Source of the DNA: Terriglobia bacterium
Lineage (GTDB): Bacteria > Acidobacteriota > Polarisedimenticolia > Polarisedimenticolales > JAIQFR01
DNA: 64,000 nucleotides
NCBI GenBank assembly: GCA_963748015.1
Contig: CAVVHE010000004.1
Coordinates: 1,728,001 to 1,792,000 of the forward strand
Direction of reading: 5' to 3'
Positions within the stretch are counted from its first letter, which is position 1. Every line of letters starts with the position of its first letter. Below, in pieces: positions 1 through 9,081 of the stretch. The notes below the pieces were generated by a model that was given only the letters and a program-made list of their open reading frames with translations, searched no databases and was not told the DNA's origin. The position numbers and the translations under genes were made by a program.

Positions 1-279
1 GTCACGAGCAACGAGGCCATGGGCCGAATCAAGGGGAAGGGCGACGGAGGCCCCGACGTCCAGGGCGCGGACATCGGCCGCGCGGATTTCGACCTGCTGC
101 TCCGCGCGGAGAGACTGGGCACCGGGCAGGGCCGGGTCTACTCGATCGTCTACAGCGCGACCGATGCGGCGGGTAACGGGTCGGCGGCCCGCGCCACGGT
201 CACGGTTCCCCACGACCAGGGCAGGCGCTCCTCCGACCAACCGCCGTTGGGGCGGGCCCCCTGGCGCAAGACTCGTTAG
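1..279 (+). CDS. C-terminal end (partial) of a probably secreted protein with a HYR/Ig-like terminal domain
   Basis: Frame is open from the window edge. It reads VTSNE...LRAER.G.G.GRVYSIVYSATDAAGN...VTVPHDQ, a motif recurrent at C-termini of extracellular proteins. Confidence 0.6.
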   Translation, partial: VTSNEAMGRIKGKGDGGPDVQGADIGRADFDLLLRAERLGTGQGRVYSIVYSATDAAGNGSAARATVTVPHDQGRRSSDQPPLGRAPWRKTR

Positions 280-284
280 GCAGC

Positions 285-323
285 ACGCGCGGCCGGGCGC
301 CGACGTGGCGCCCGGCCGCGCGT
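285..323. terminator. GC-rich hairpin between convergent genes (probable terminator)
   Basis: acgcgcggccgggcgcc (285-301) and ggcgcccggccgcgcgt (307-323) form a perfect 17-bp stem with a 5-nt loop. Confidence 0.6.
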
Positions 324-331
324 TTCACGAT

Positions 332-868
332 CTAGTCCCGCAGCGGCTCCCAGACCTCGGCGCCGAAAAGGTCCCAGCTCAGCCTTCCCTCGTCGGTCTC
401 CCCGGGCTCCGGAGAGAAATGGACGTCGGTGAGGTAGAGGATCCGCGCCGTTCCCGTGCCGATGTTCCGGCAGCCGTGCGCCACTCCGGGCGGGATGCGC
501 ACCAGGCGGGACTCCCCGTCGCCGAGCGTCAGGCGCAGCCGCTTTCCCTCCGTGGGCGAGCCCGACCGGACGTCCACCAGCACGAGCAGGATACGGTCCG
601 ACGGGGGCACGAACCAGACGTCGGTCTGGCGACGGTGCACGTGGAAGGCCTTGATCGCGCCGGGCTCGAGCGTGCTGAAGTTGACCTGGGCCGCGGCGAA
701 CCCCTCGAGCCCCTCGACCCGTCCGTCCCGGAGGCGCGCCAGCTCCGTCATCGAGCCGGTCTCGTCATGGGCGCGGCGCAGCGTCACGAGAGCCACCCCT
801 TCGATTCCGGGCCGCTTCGAGTAGTCCTGAACCCGGTAGCATGCCTCCGCGTCCGCACTGAGCTTCAT
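332..868 (-). CDS. dTDP-4-dehydrorhamnose 3,5-epimerase family (RmlC-like cupin)
   Basis: Motifs HDETGSMTE, QVNFS..PGAIKAFHVH, LVDVRSGSPT, IPPGVAHG. Start taken at MKLSADA (868). Confidence 0.85.
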   Translation of the reverse strand: MKLSADAEACYRVQDYSKRPGIEGVALVTLRRAHDETGSMTELARLRDGRVEGLEGFAAAQVNFSTLEPGAIKAFHVHRRQTDVWFVPPSDRILLVLVDVRSGSPTEGKRLRLTLGDGESRLVRIPPGVAHGCRNIGTGTARILYLTDVHFSPEPGETDEGRLSWDLFGAEVWEPLRD

Positions 869-996
869 CGCGAGATTCCTCCCGGCCGGCCCGGGCATCG
901 GGCCCCGGGGAGATTCTATGCGAGTTGGGCCCGCCTTGACGGCACCCGCCGGACATCCCATAACAGGAATGCCGGAAGAGGCACTCGAGGGCCACG

Positions 997-2121
997 ATGA
1001 ACGAGCCGACCGCGAAAAAGGCCGGAACGAGGGCGGAGCCCTCGAGCGGCGGCTGGGCGCTCGAGATCGGCACCGTGATGGGGATCCCGATCCGGATCCA
1101 CTTCACGTTCCTGCTCCTGCTGCTCTGGTTCGGCTTCGCGGCAACCGCGCGCGGCGAGAGCGCCCCCCGGGCGGTGCTCGTCCTCGTGCTGCTGTTCGCC
1201 TGCGTCGTTCTCCACGAGTTGGGGCACGCGGCGATGGCCCGCCGCTTCGGCGTGCGGACGCGGGAGATCGTCCTCTACCCGATCGGCGGGATCGCGAAGC
1301 TCGAGAACATCCCCGGCGGCATGGCGGAGCTCCTTATCGCGCTCGCGGGTCCGGCGGTGAACCTCTTCATCGCGATTCTCCTCGTAGCCGCGATGGCCCT
1401 TCTCGGCATGGGGCCGGCCGTCGACTTCGGGCTCCTCCTTCCCCCGGGCCCGATCCTCCCCAAGCTCCTGGCGGCGAACCTCGCCCTCATCGCTTTCAAT
1501 CTGATCCCGGCCTTTCCCATGGATGGCGGGCGCGTGCTCCGCGCCTCGCTCTCGATGGCCTTCGGAGAAGAGAAGGCCACGCGGGTCGCCGCCGCGGTCG
1601 GCCAGGGGATCGCGGTTCTCTTCGGCGCCACCGGCCTGTTCACCGGCCAATGGGGCCTCCTGTTCATCGCGCTCTTCGTATTTCTCGGGGCGGGCCAGGA
1701 AGCCGCCTTCAACCGCCGGCGCGCCATGGTCGTCGGCCGGACGGCTCGCGAGGCGATGATCACGCGTTTCGAGACTCTCGCTCCCCAGGACTCGCTCGGC
1801 CGCGCGGCGGAGGTGCTTCTCGCGACCCACCAGCAGGACTTCCCCGTGGTGGACGCCTGGAGCCGCGTCGCGGGGGTGCTCTCGCGCGCCGGCCTCATGC
1901 AGGGCCTCGCGAGGGAAGGAAACTCGGGCGCGGTGCTGGACGTGATGCAGCGGGAGTTCCCCGTCGTCGCTCCCGGCAGCGAGCTCGATGAAGTTCTGCG
2001 CTACTTCCAGAGCGACCCGCGCATGCCGGTGATCGTTCTCGACGGGGAGCAGCTCGTCGGGATGATCACCCTCGAGAACCTCGCGGAGTTCATCCAGATC
2101 GCCCGGTTCGCCCACGCGTGA
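997..2121 (+). CDS. Site-2 protease (M50) with C-terminal CBS pair
   Basis: HELGH zinc motif, AGPAVN, FNLIPAFPMDGGR, several TM segments and two CBS-like repeats. Confidence 0.93.
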   Translation: MNEPTAKKAGTRAEPSSGGWALEIGTVMGIPIRIHFTFLLLLLWFGFAATARGESAPRAVLVLVLLFACVVLHELGHAAMARRFGVRTREIVLYPIGGIAKLENIPGGMAELLIALAGPAVNLFIAILLVAAMALLGMGPAVDFGLLLPPGPILPKLLAANLALIAFNLIPAFPMDGGRVLRASLSMAFGEEKATRVAAAVGQGIAVLFGATGLFTGQWGLLFIALFVFLGAGQEAAFNRRRAMVVGRTAREAMITRFETLAPQDSLGRAAEVLLATHQQDFPVVDAWSRVAGVLSRAGLMQGLAREGNSGAVLDVMQREFPVVAPGSELDEVLRYFQSDPRMPVIVLDGEQLVGMITLENLAEFIQIARFAHA

Positions 2122-3427
2122 CACGTCTCGCGAAGAGAGCGTGGACGGGAAAACCGAGCAGCAGGAGGCCGAGGCCGACGAGAGCGCGCCGCGGATCCTG
2201 CGCCGTCAGGCTCGCGGTCATCCCGGCTGCGGTGGCGAGAACGACGGCGGGAGCGAGGTAACCGCCCGGGGCCTTCCAGGAAACCGGCTCCCCCACCCCG
2301 CGCCGGCGGAGCACGATCAGCGCGACCGCGGTCAGCCCGTAGAAGATCCAGACGCTGAACGAGAAGAAGGCGAGCAGGTTGCCGAACCCCGCGGATAGGA
2401 CGTAGAGGATCGCCACCGCCACGAGCCCCGCGACCGACCGCGCCGGTGTGCCGAAGCGGGAGTGGATCCCGCCGAACCACGACGGCAGGCGACCGTCTCG
2501 CGCCATCGCGTACCCGAGCCGCGACGCGGTCAGCACGGTTCCGTTGATGGAGCCGAAGGTGCAGACGACCACGAGGAGCGCCACCAGCCTCCCCGCCCCC
2601 GATCCGAGTCCGGCCTCGACCGCGTCCGCGACGACCCGCTCCGACGCGGCCGCCCGCGCCGGGCCGAGAAGCGCTCCGACCGAGACCTGGACCAGGACGT
2701 ACAGGGCGACGAGGATGGCGGTTCCGAACACCACGGCGCGCCCGAGGTCGCGTCCCGGCTTCTCCACCTCGCCGGACACGAGCGTGACGTCCGACCAGCC
2801 GTCGTACGTCCACAGGAGCACGACGAGGGCGGCCAGGAGCGCCGCCGGGGGCACGGCCGCCGTCCCGGCCGCCGGCGGCGGGGACGGCGCCCTCGCGACG
2901 AGCGCCGCGCCGCAGAGCAGCGCGAGCGCTGCGAGCTTGATCCCGGTGAGCCACCGCTGCGCCCCGGCCCCGACACGGACCCCGAACACGTTCAGGGCCC
3001 CGGCCGCGGCGAGCGCGCCCGCGGCCGCGAGGGCTTCCATCCCCCGAAGAGGAACGACCTCTCCGAGGTAGCGCGCGAAGACGAGGGCGATCGCGGCGAT
3101 CGATGCCGGGTAGGTGACCAGGGCCGCGGCCCAGCCGCCGACGAACGCGACCGGGGCGCCGAACGCCTCGCGGTAGAACACGTAGAAGCCACCGGTCCGG
3201 GGCAGGCGCGCCCCGCACTCGGCGTAGCAGAACGCGCCGCAGGCCGCGACGCAGCCCCCCGCGATCCAGAGCAGGGGGCCGCCCACGCCCCCGCCGGCCG
3301 CGGCGGCGACGGCCGCCGGGGCCACGAAGATCCCCGAGCCGAGGATGATCCCGACGTAGATCGCCGCGGCGTCGAGGACGCCGAGCTGGCGTCTCAGCTC
3401 GCCGGCGGGGGCGGGCGGGCCGGTCAT
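2090..3427 (-). CDS. APC-family amino acid permease
   Basis: GIILGSGIF, YAECGARLPRTGG.Y, YDGW and ~12 hydrophobic segments. Co-directional downstream of speA. Confidence 0.92.
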   Translation of the reverse strand: MTGPPAPAGELRRQLGVLDAAAIYVGIILGSGIFVAPAAVAAAAGGGVGGPLLWIAGGCVAACGAFCYAECGARLPRTGGFYVFYREAFGAPVAFVGGWAAALVTYPASIAAIALVFARYLGEVVPLRGMEALAAAGALAAAGALNVFGVRVGAGAQRWLTGIKLAALALLCGAALVARAPSPPPAAGTAAVPPAALLAALVVLLWTYDGWSDVTLVSGEVEKPGRDLGRAVVFGTAILVALYVLVQVSVGALLGPARAAASERVVADAVEAGLGSGAGRLVALLVVVCTFGSINGTVLTASRLGYAMARDGRLPSWFGGIHSRFGTPARSVAGLVAVAILYVLSAGFGNLLAFFSFSVWIFYGLTAVALIVLRRRGVGEPVSWKAPGGYLAPAVVLATAAGMTASLTAQDPRRALVGLGLLLLGFPVHALFARRVTRGRTGRSG

Positions 3428-3464
3428 CGAGGCGCGCCCGGGTTGGACACGGCCGGCCCCGGCG

Positions 3465-5372
3465 TCAATCCAGGTAGGTGTAGTGCGTGAGCCGCTGCCG
3501 GTACTCTTCGAGGAGGCCGTCCGCGTCCTCCCGGCCCATGTCCCCGCGGTTCACCCGCTCCCGGAGATTCGCGCCGACGGTCTCGATCAGCTCTTGCTCG
3601 TCGTAACCGAAGCACGACAGCGTGTCCCGGGACGGCTCGCCGCGCCGGGTGTCGCGGATGAGCATCGCCCCGGCGGGATCGAGGATGACCTCCGCCTCGT
3701 GGACGCGCCCGAAGAGGTTGTGCATGTCCCCCATCGTGTCCTGGTAGGCCCCCACGAGGAGGAACGCGAGGTAGTACGGCTCGCCGGGGATCAGCTCGTG
3801 CACCTCGAGGGAATCCTTGATGTCCTTGAGGTCGACGAACTTCTCGACCTCCCCGTCGGAGTCGCACGTGATGTCCACCAGCGTGGCCCGCCGGACCGGC
3901 GGCTCGTTCAGGCGATGTACCGGGATCACCGGGAAGAGCTGGTCGAGGGCCCAATGGTCCGGGAGCGACTGGAAGACCGAGAAGTTGCAGATGTACTTGT
4001 CGTGCAGCCGCTGCTCCAGCTCGACGAACTCGTCCGCGACGAACTTCGCGGTCTTCGAGAACCGAACCGCCTTGCCGGCGATCTCCCAGAAGAGCGTCTC
4101 CGCCTTGGCCCGGTCCTCGAGCCCCAGCATCCCCAGGTTGAACAGCTGGTACATCTGGTCCCGGTACTCGATCGCGTCGTGGTAGAACTCGCGGTAGTTC
4201 TTCACCGAGAGCTTCCTCGACACCTCGGCCAGGTCCTGCACGACCTGGGGCTCGCGCCCGGTCAGGACCGGCGGGTCCCGCTCGATGCCCGAGATCACCC
4301 CGCGCACGTCGGTCACCAGCATCGCGTGATAGCCCACGAGCATCCGCCCCGACTCGCTGATGATCGTCGGCGGCGGGATGTGCTCCTCGTCGCAGACCTC
4401 CGTGATGCCGAAGACGACGTCGTTGGCGTACTCCTGGACCGTGTAGTTGACCGACGCGTCGGAAGAGGTCTTCGACCCGTCGTAATCGATGCCGAGCCCG
4501 CCCCCCACGTCGAGGTGGGTGATGTCCGCCCCCGCCTTCCTCACCTTGGCGTAGAGGCGGGCCGCCTCGCGCACCGCGTTCTTGATCCGGCGGATCTCCG
4601 TGATCTGGCTCCCGATGTGGAAGTGGAGGAGGGTGATGCTCCGCGAGAGCCCCGCCTGCTGGAGCTTGTCGAGCGCCCGCATCAGCTGCAGCGTCGTGAG
4701 GCCGAACTTCGACGCGAACCCGGACGACTTCTCCCACTTGCCGGATCCCTTCGACTGGAGCCGGATCCTGAACCCGATCTTGAAGAGGATCTCCTCCTCC
4801 CGGCCGAGCTCGAGGATCTGGTCCACCTCGAAGGGCTTCTCGATGACCACGACGACCTGCTTGCCGAGACGGCTCGCGAGGGACGCGGACGAGAGGTACT
4901 CGGGATCCTTGAAGCCGTTGCAGACCAGGACGGCCTCGGGCGACGTGTCGAGGCCGATCGCCGCGAGCAGCTCCGGCCGGCTGCCGACCTCGATGCCGAG
5001 GCCGTACTTCCAGCCGCTCGCGACGAGGCCCTCGACGACCGAGCGCTGCTGGTTGACCTTGATCGGGAAGACGGGCAGGTAGCGCTCCGGGTAGTTGAAC
5101 TCGCGGATCGCGTTCGAGAACGCGTTCGCCAGCTCGTGGACCTGCCCCTCGAGGAGCTGCGGGAACCGGAGGAGCAGCGGCGTCTTGAGCCCGCGCCGTC
5201 CCAGGTCCTCGACGACCTTCAACACGTCGATGGCCCGGCTCGGATCGCGCGAGGGGGTGACGAGCAGGTGGCCGTCCGTTCCCACGGCGACGTAACCGTT
5301 CCCCCAGCCGTCGAGGCCGTAGAGATTGATGGCATCGTCCACCGTGAAACGATCGGTCGCCGGCACGTTCAT
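3465..5372 (-). CDS. speA: Biosynthetic arginine decarboxylase
   Basis: PIKVNQ (PLP Lys), HFHIGSQ, DVGGGLGIDYDG, ESGR, NFSVFQSLPD.W, DITCDSDG, GAYQ..MGDMHNLFG. Start at MNVPAT. Confidence 0.96.
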   Translation of the reverse strand: MNVPATDRFTVDDAINLYGLDGWGNGYVAVGTDGHLLVTPSRDPSRAIDVLKVVEDLGRRGLKTPLLLRFPQLLEGQVHELANAFSNAIREFNYPERYLPVFPIKVNQQRSVVEGLVASGWKYGLGIEVGSRPELLAAIGLDTSPEAVLVCNGFKDPEYLSSASLASRLGKQVVVVIEKPFEVDQILELGREEEILFKIGFRIRLQSKGSGKWEKSSGFASKFGLTTLQLMRALDKLQQAGLSRSITLLHFHIGSQITEIRRIKNAVREAARLYAKVRKAGADITHLDVGGGLGIDYDGSKTSSDASVNYTVQEYANDVVFGITEVCDEEHIPPPTIISESGRMLVGYHAMLVTDVRGVISGIERDPPVLTGREPQVVQDLAEVSRKLSVKNYREFYHDAIEYRDQMYQLFNLGMLGLEDRAKAETLFWEIAGKAVRFSKTAKFVADEFVELEQRLHDKYICNFSVFQSLPDHWALDQLFPVIPVHRLNEPPVRRATLVDITCDSDGEVEKFVDLKDIKDSLEVHELIPGEPYYLAFLLVGAYQDTMGDMHNLFGRVHEAEVILDPAGAMLIRDTRRGEPSRDTLSCFGYDEQELIETVGANLRERVNRGDMGREDADGLLEEYRQRLTHYTYLD

Positions 5373-5435
5373 GAATCCCCTCCCCTTTCCGCACCCGGCG
5401 CGCCGAGCCGCGCGCGCCGACACGAGAGCGGGCTG

Positions 5436-5463
5436 ATTATAGAACCCGCCGCAAGCGCCGCAA
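5436..5463 (-). promoter_or_regulatory. Putative sigma70 promoter for speA
   Basis: Minus strand TTGCGG-16 nt-TATAAT, about 60 nt upstream of the start. Confidence 0.45.
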
Positions 5464-5532
5464 GAGTCGGCGAGGGCTTTTTGCGGACGGCCCCGGTCGC
5501 GCGGAGGAGCCGAGGCGCGGTAACCTCTCCCC

Positions 5533-6462
5533 GTGAGCACGCTCGCCGCGCCCCCCGAGGAGGATCGCCTCGACGCGATCGCCCGCATGGTGCCGCCGGG
5601 GTCCGTCGTGGCGGACATCGGGACGGACCACGGGCTCCTTCCGCTGCGCCTCCTGGCGTCGGGGCGCGCGATCCGCTGCATCGCGAGCGAGCCGAGCGCC
5701 GCCCGCCTCGCGAAGGCCCGCGCCCTCGCGTCGCGCGGCCCGAGCCGACCCGCTCTCGCGCTCCGGATCGGAGACGGCTTCACCGTTCTCGAGCCGGAGG
5801 ACGGCATCGACGTCGCCGTCGTCGCGGGGCTCGGAGGTCACGCGGTGGTCAGGATCCTCGACCATCCCGCCCGCGAGAGGCTCGCTCTCCGGCGCCTCGT
5901 CCTCCAGCCGCAGACCGATCCCTCCCTCGTCCGAGGCTGGCTCCTGGAGCACGGCTTCCGGCACGCCGACGAGCGCCTCGTCCTGGATCGCGGCCGCTTC
6001 TACACTCTGATCGCCGCCGAGCCGGGGCCAGAGCGCCTCGAGCACCCCCGGCTGTCGCGAGAGGACGTCCTCGAGGCTGGCCCCCTTCTCGTCCGCTCTC
6101 AGGACCCTACCGTGGCGTTCTTCTGGACCCGCTGGCTCGAGCGGCACGAGAGGATCCTCGCCCGGGCCCGGCCTGGCGCCGCCCGGGACGAGGCCCTGCG
6201 GCAACGGGACCTCGCCCGCCGCATCCTGGCCGCGCTGTCCGCCAGGCTGAACTCGCCTCGTGCCGTGCTAAGATCCGGGCAAGTCCACGAAACGGCGGCG
6301 TGCGAATCCTCTTCGCCCCGTCGAGGGGGGATATGGCCCTGCCGGATCCGCAGGGGGATCTCGGGCGTGCCGCCGTCACGGGCGGCATGGTCGGCCACTA
6401 CCGGATGCTCGGCGAGATCGGGCGCGGCGGGATGGGGATCGTCTACCGCGCGTTCGACGTGA
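5533..6462 (+). CDS. trmK: tRNA (adenine22-N1)-methyltransferase (3' end probably over-extended)
   Basis: RLDAIA..V...SVVADIGTDHGLLP, GDG, AGLGG, LVLQPQ, DE.LV.DRGRFY. Homology seems to end near 6250. Confidence 0.85.
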   Translation: MSTLAAPPEEDRLDAIARMVPPGSVVADIGTDHGLLPLRLLASGRAIRCIASEPSAARLAKARALASRGPSRPALALRIGDGFTVLEPEDGIDVAVVAGLGGHAVVRILDHPARERLALRRLVLQPQTDPSLVRGWLLEHGFRHADERLVLDRGRFYTLIAAEPGPERLEHPRLSREDVLEAGPLLVRSQDPTVAFFWTRWLERHERILARARPGAARDEALRQRDLARRILAALSARLNSPRAVLRSGQVHETAACESSSPRRGGIWPCRIRRGISGVPPSRAAWSATTGCSARSGAAGWGSSTARST

Positions 6463-8992
6463 ACCTCGAGCGCGAGGTTGCCCTCAAGTGCCCGCGGCCG
6501 GACCGTCCGGGAGACGCGAAGCTCCTGGAGCGCTTCCTCCGCGAGGCGAGAACCCTCTCGCAGCTCTCGCACCCGAGCATCATTCCCGTCTTCGAGGTGT
6601 TCGAGGACGGCGGCCGCCCCTGGCTCGCGAGCGAGCTGGTGGACGGCGAGGACCTCCGTGTCCTGCTCCGGAGGCGCGGTCCCCTGCCGGTCGAGGAGGT
6701 GCTGGCCCACGCGGAGGGTTGACGGACGCCCTCGCGGCCGCCCACTCGAAGAACATCCTGCACCGCGACCTGAAACCCGCGAACGTGCTGATCGGCAAGG
6801 ACGGTCGGGCGCGCCTCGCGGATTTCGGCCTCGCGCGCGTGTTCGCCGAGGAGGGCTCCGAGGCTACGACGCTCACCGGCCCTTTGACCGCCGACAGTCG
6901 AATCGTCGGCACCCCGGGATACATGTCGCCGGAGCAGCTCACCGGCAAGCCCCTCGACCCGAGGAGCGACATCTTCTGCCTCGCGGCGGTCCTCTACGAG
7001 ATGTGCACGGCGCAGCCGGCCTTCGCCCGGCCGGGGACGACGGACTGGATCGACCTGCTCCTCTATCAGGAGCCGGAGCCGATCTCGCGATTCAACCGCG
7101 ACGCGCCGCCGGAGCTCGCGCGGATTCTCGGGAAGGCGCTCGCGAAGCGCCCCGACGAGCGGTACCAGCACGCGAGCGAGATGCTGGCGGATCTGCGCGC
7201 GCTGCGGCGGCGCGTCGAGTCGGGCCACGATACCGCCCGAGCCGCGGCGACCGTTCCGGGTCGGGCGGTTCGCGGTCCTGGTGGCCGCCCTCGTGGCCGC
7301 CGGGACGTCGGGCTGGCTGCTCTATCGCTTGGCTGGGCGGCGGCGGCATTCCTCCCCTGCCGGAAGTCGAAACCGCGGCAGCTCACCTCGAGCCCAGGCA
7401 CCAAGGGGGAGCCCGCCCTCTCGCCCGACGACGCCTTCGCGGCCTACTCGTCCGACGAGACCGGGAACCCGGAGATCTGGCTCATGGACCTCAAGAGCGG
7501 GGTCCCCCTGCAGCTCACGAACGATCCCGCCTCGGATACGTCGCCCGCCTGGACTCCCGACGGCGGAACGATACTCTTCGTTTCCGATCGGGGCGGCAGT
7601 CCCGCTGTCTACAAGGTCCCTCGCCTCGGCGGCGCGCCCCTGCTCGTGTTGCCCGACGCCGTGGACCCGGCGGCCTCGCCTGATGGGACCCGCATCGCGT
7701 TCGCGAGGCCGAACGCGGCGGGCGAAGGCCGCATCGCGGTCGCCGATCTCCTCGATCTGGCCCACCCAAGAATCCTGACAGGCGACGCCGACGGCCTCTG
7801 GGGCCATTACCGCCCCGCCTGGTCTCCCGACGGGAAGACGATCTGCTACCAGGACTTCAGGGATCTGTGGCTGGTTCCCGCGGCCGGCGGGAAGGTGAAG
7901 CCCCTCACGACCGATCATAAGTGGAACCTCGAGCCCGTCTGGTCTCCCGACGGCCGTTCCATCTACTTCTCCTCCTACCGCGACGGCACGCACGCCTTGT
8001 GGCGCATCCCCGCGTCCGGCGGCACGCCGGAGCGCGTGACCCCCGGCACGGGCCCCGAGGGGCGTCCGAGCGTCACCCGCTCGGGATCGCGCCTCGCTTA
8101 CTCCACTTACCTCTCCGAGGACAACCTTCTGCTACTCGATCGCCGCTCCGGCGAACGGTCGAGGATCCCGACCCTCCGAAGGGCGAACATTCCCGCGATC
8201 GCCGCCGACAGGAGCCGGGTCTTCTTCCTTTCCGACCGTGCCGGCCGCTCGGACCTATGGGTTCAACCCCTGAAGGACGGAAAGCCGCAGGGCGATGCGG
8301 TCCGCCTCGCCGAGCAGCCGGGCCACATCGGCACGTACTCCCTGTCGCCGGACGGCAAGTGGATCGCGTACCACGGGCACCGCGACGGGCGACGCGACAT
8401 CTGGATCATGCCTTCCACGGGAGGTCCCTCGACGAAGATCACCGAGAACGGCGCGGTGAACTTCCAACCGTCCTGGTCGCCCGACGGGACGCGGCTCGCG
8501 TACGTCTCCGACCAGGAACGAGGCGACCAGATCTGGGCCGTTCCGATGGCGGACGGGAAGCCGGTCGGGCGCGGCGGTCCGGCTCACGTCGGACAGCGTG
8601 GGCCACGCGCTCCCCCGCTGGTCGCCCGACGGGACGCGAATCGCGTTCGTCGGGCAGATCCGCGGAGTCGTCGGAAGTCATGGATCGTGCGTAGCTCGGG
8701 CTCCCCCGAGCCCCAGCTCTTGACCGCGGGTGCCGAGGCCAAGAGTGTCGGGTGGGATTTCGAACGGTGGGAACTGCTGGTCTCGGGCTCATGGGGAGCC
8801 GGGAAGACCGAACTTCGACGCGTGAAGCCGACCGGCGGCGACGCGGTGCCACTGGCGCCGCCGGTGATCTTCGGGAACTTAGCGCGTCTCGGCGATTTCG
8901 AGGTTTCCGCCGACGGCACTCTCCTCATCTACGACCAGGAAATGGCTCGCGGAGAGATTTGGGTTTCGGAGGTCGAGCGCGGGTCCTTCTGA
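6333..8992 (+). CDS. Membrane Ser/Thr kinase with PD40/TolB-like beta-propeller (frameshifted)
   Basis: GRGGMGIVY, VALK, HRDLKPAN, DFG, GTPGYMSPEQ, a TM segment in the 7281 frame and many P.WSPDG repeats. Frame changes near 6718, 7230-7360 and 8570-8680. Confidence 0.9.
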
Positions 8993-9081
8993 CCCGGGGG
9001 CTGGGAAGCAACGCGGTGGCCTGATCGCCCGGGAGCGGAGCCGCGCAGGCGAATCCTCGCGGTGCCGCCGACGGATCGCGC

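Noticed and set aside
3483..6330. Very long alternative-frame and antisense ORFs (e.g. most of 3483-6722, 17237-19735, 59873-61570)
   Set aside because: They are shadows of real genes in high-GC DNA and carry no family motifs.
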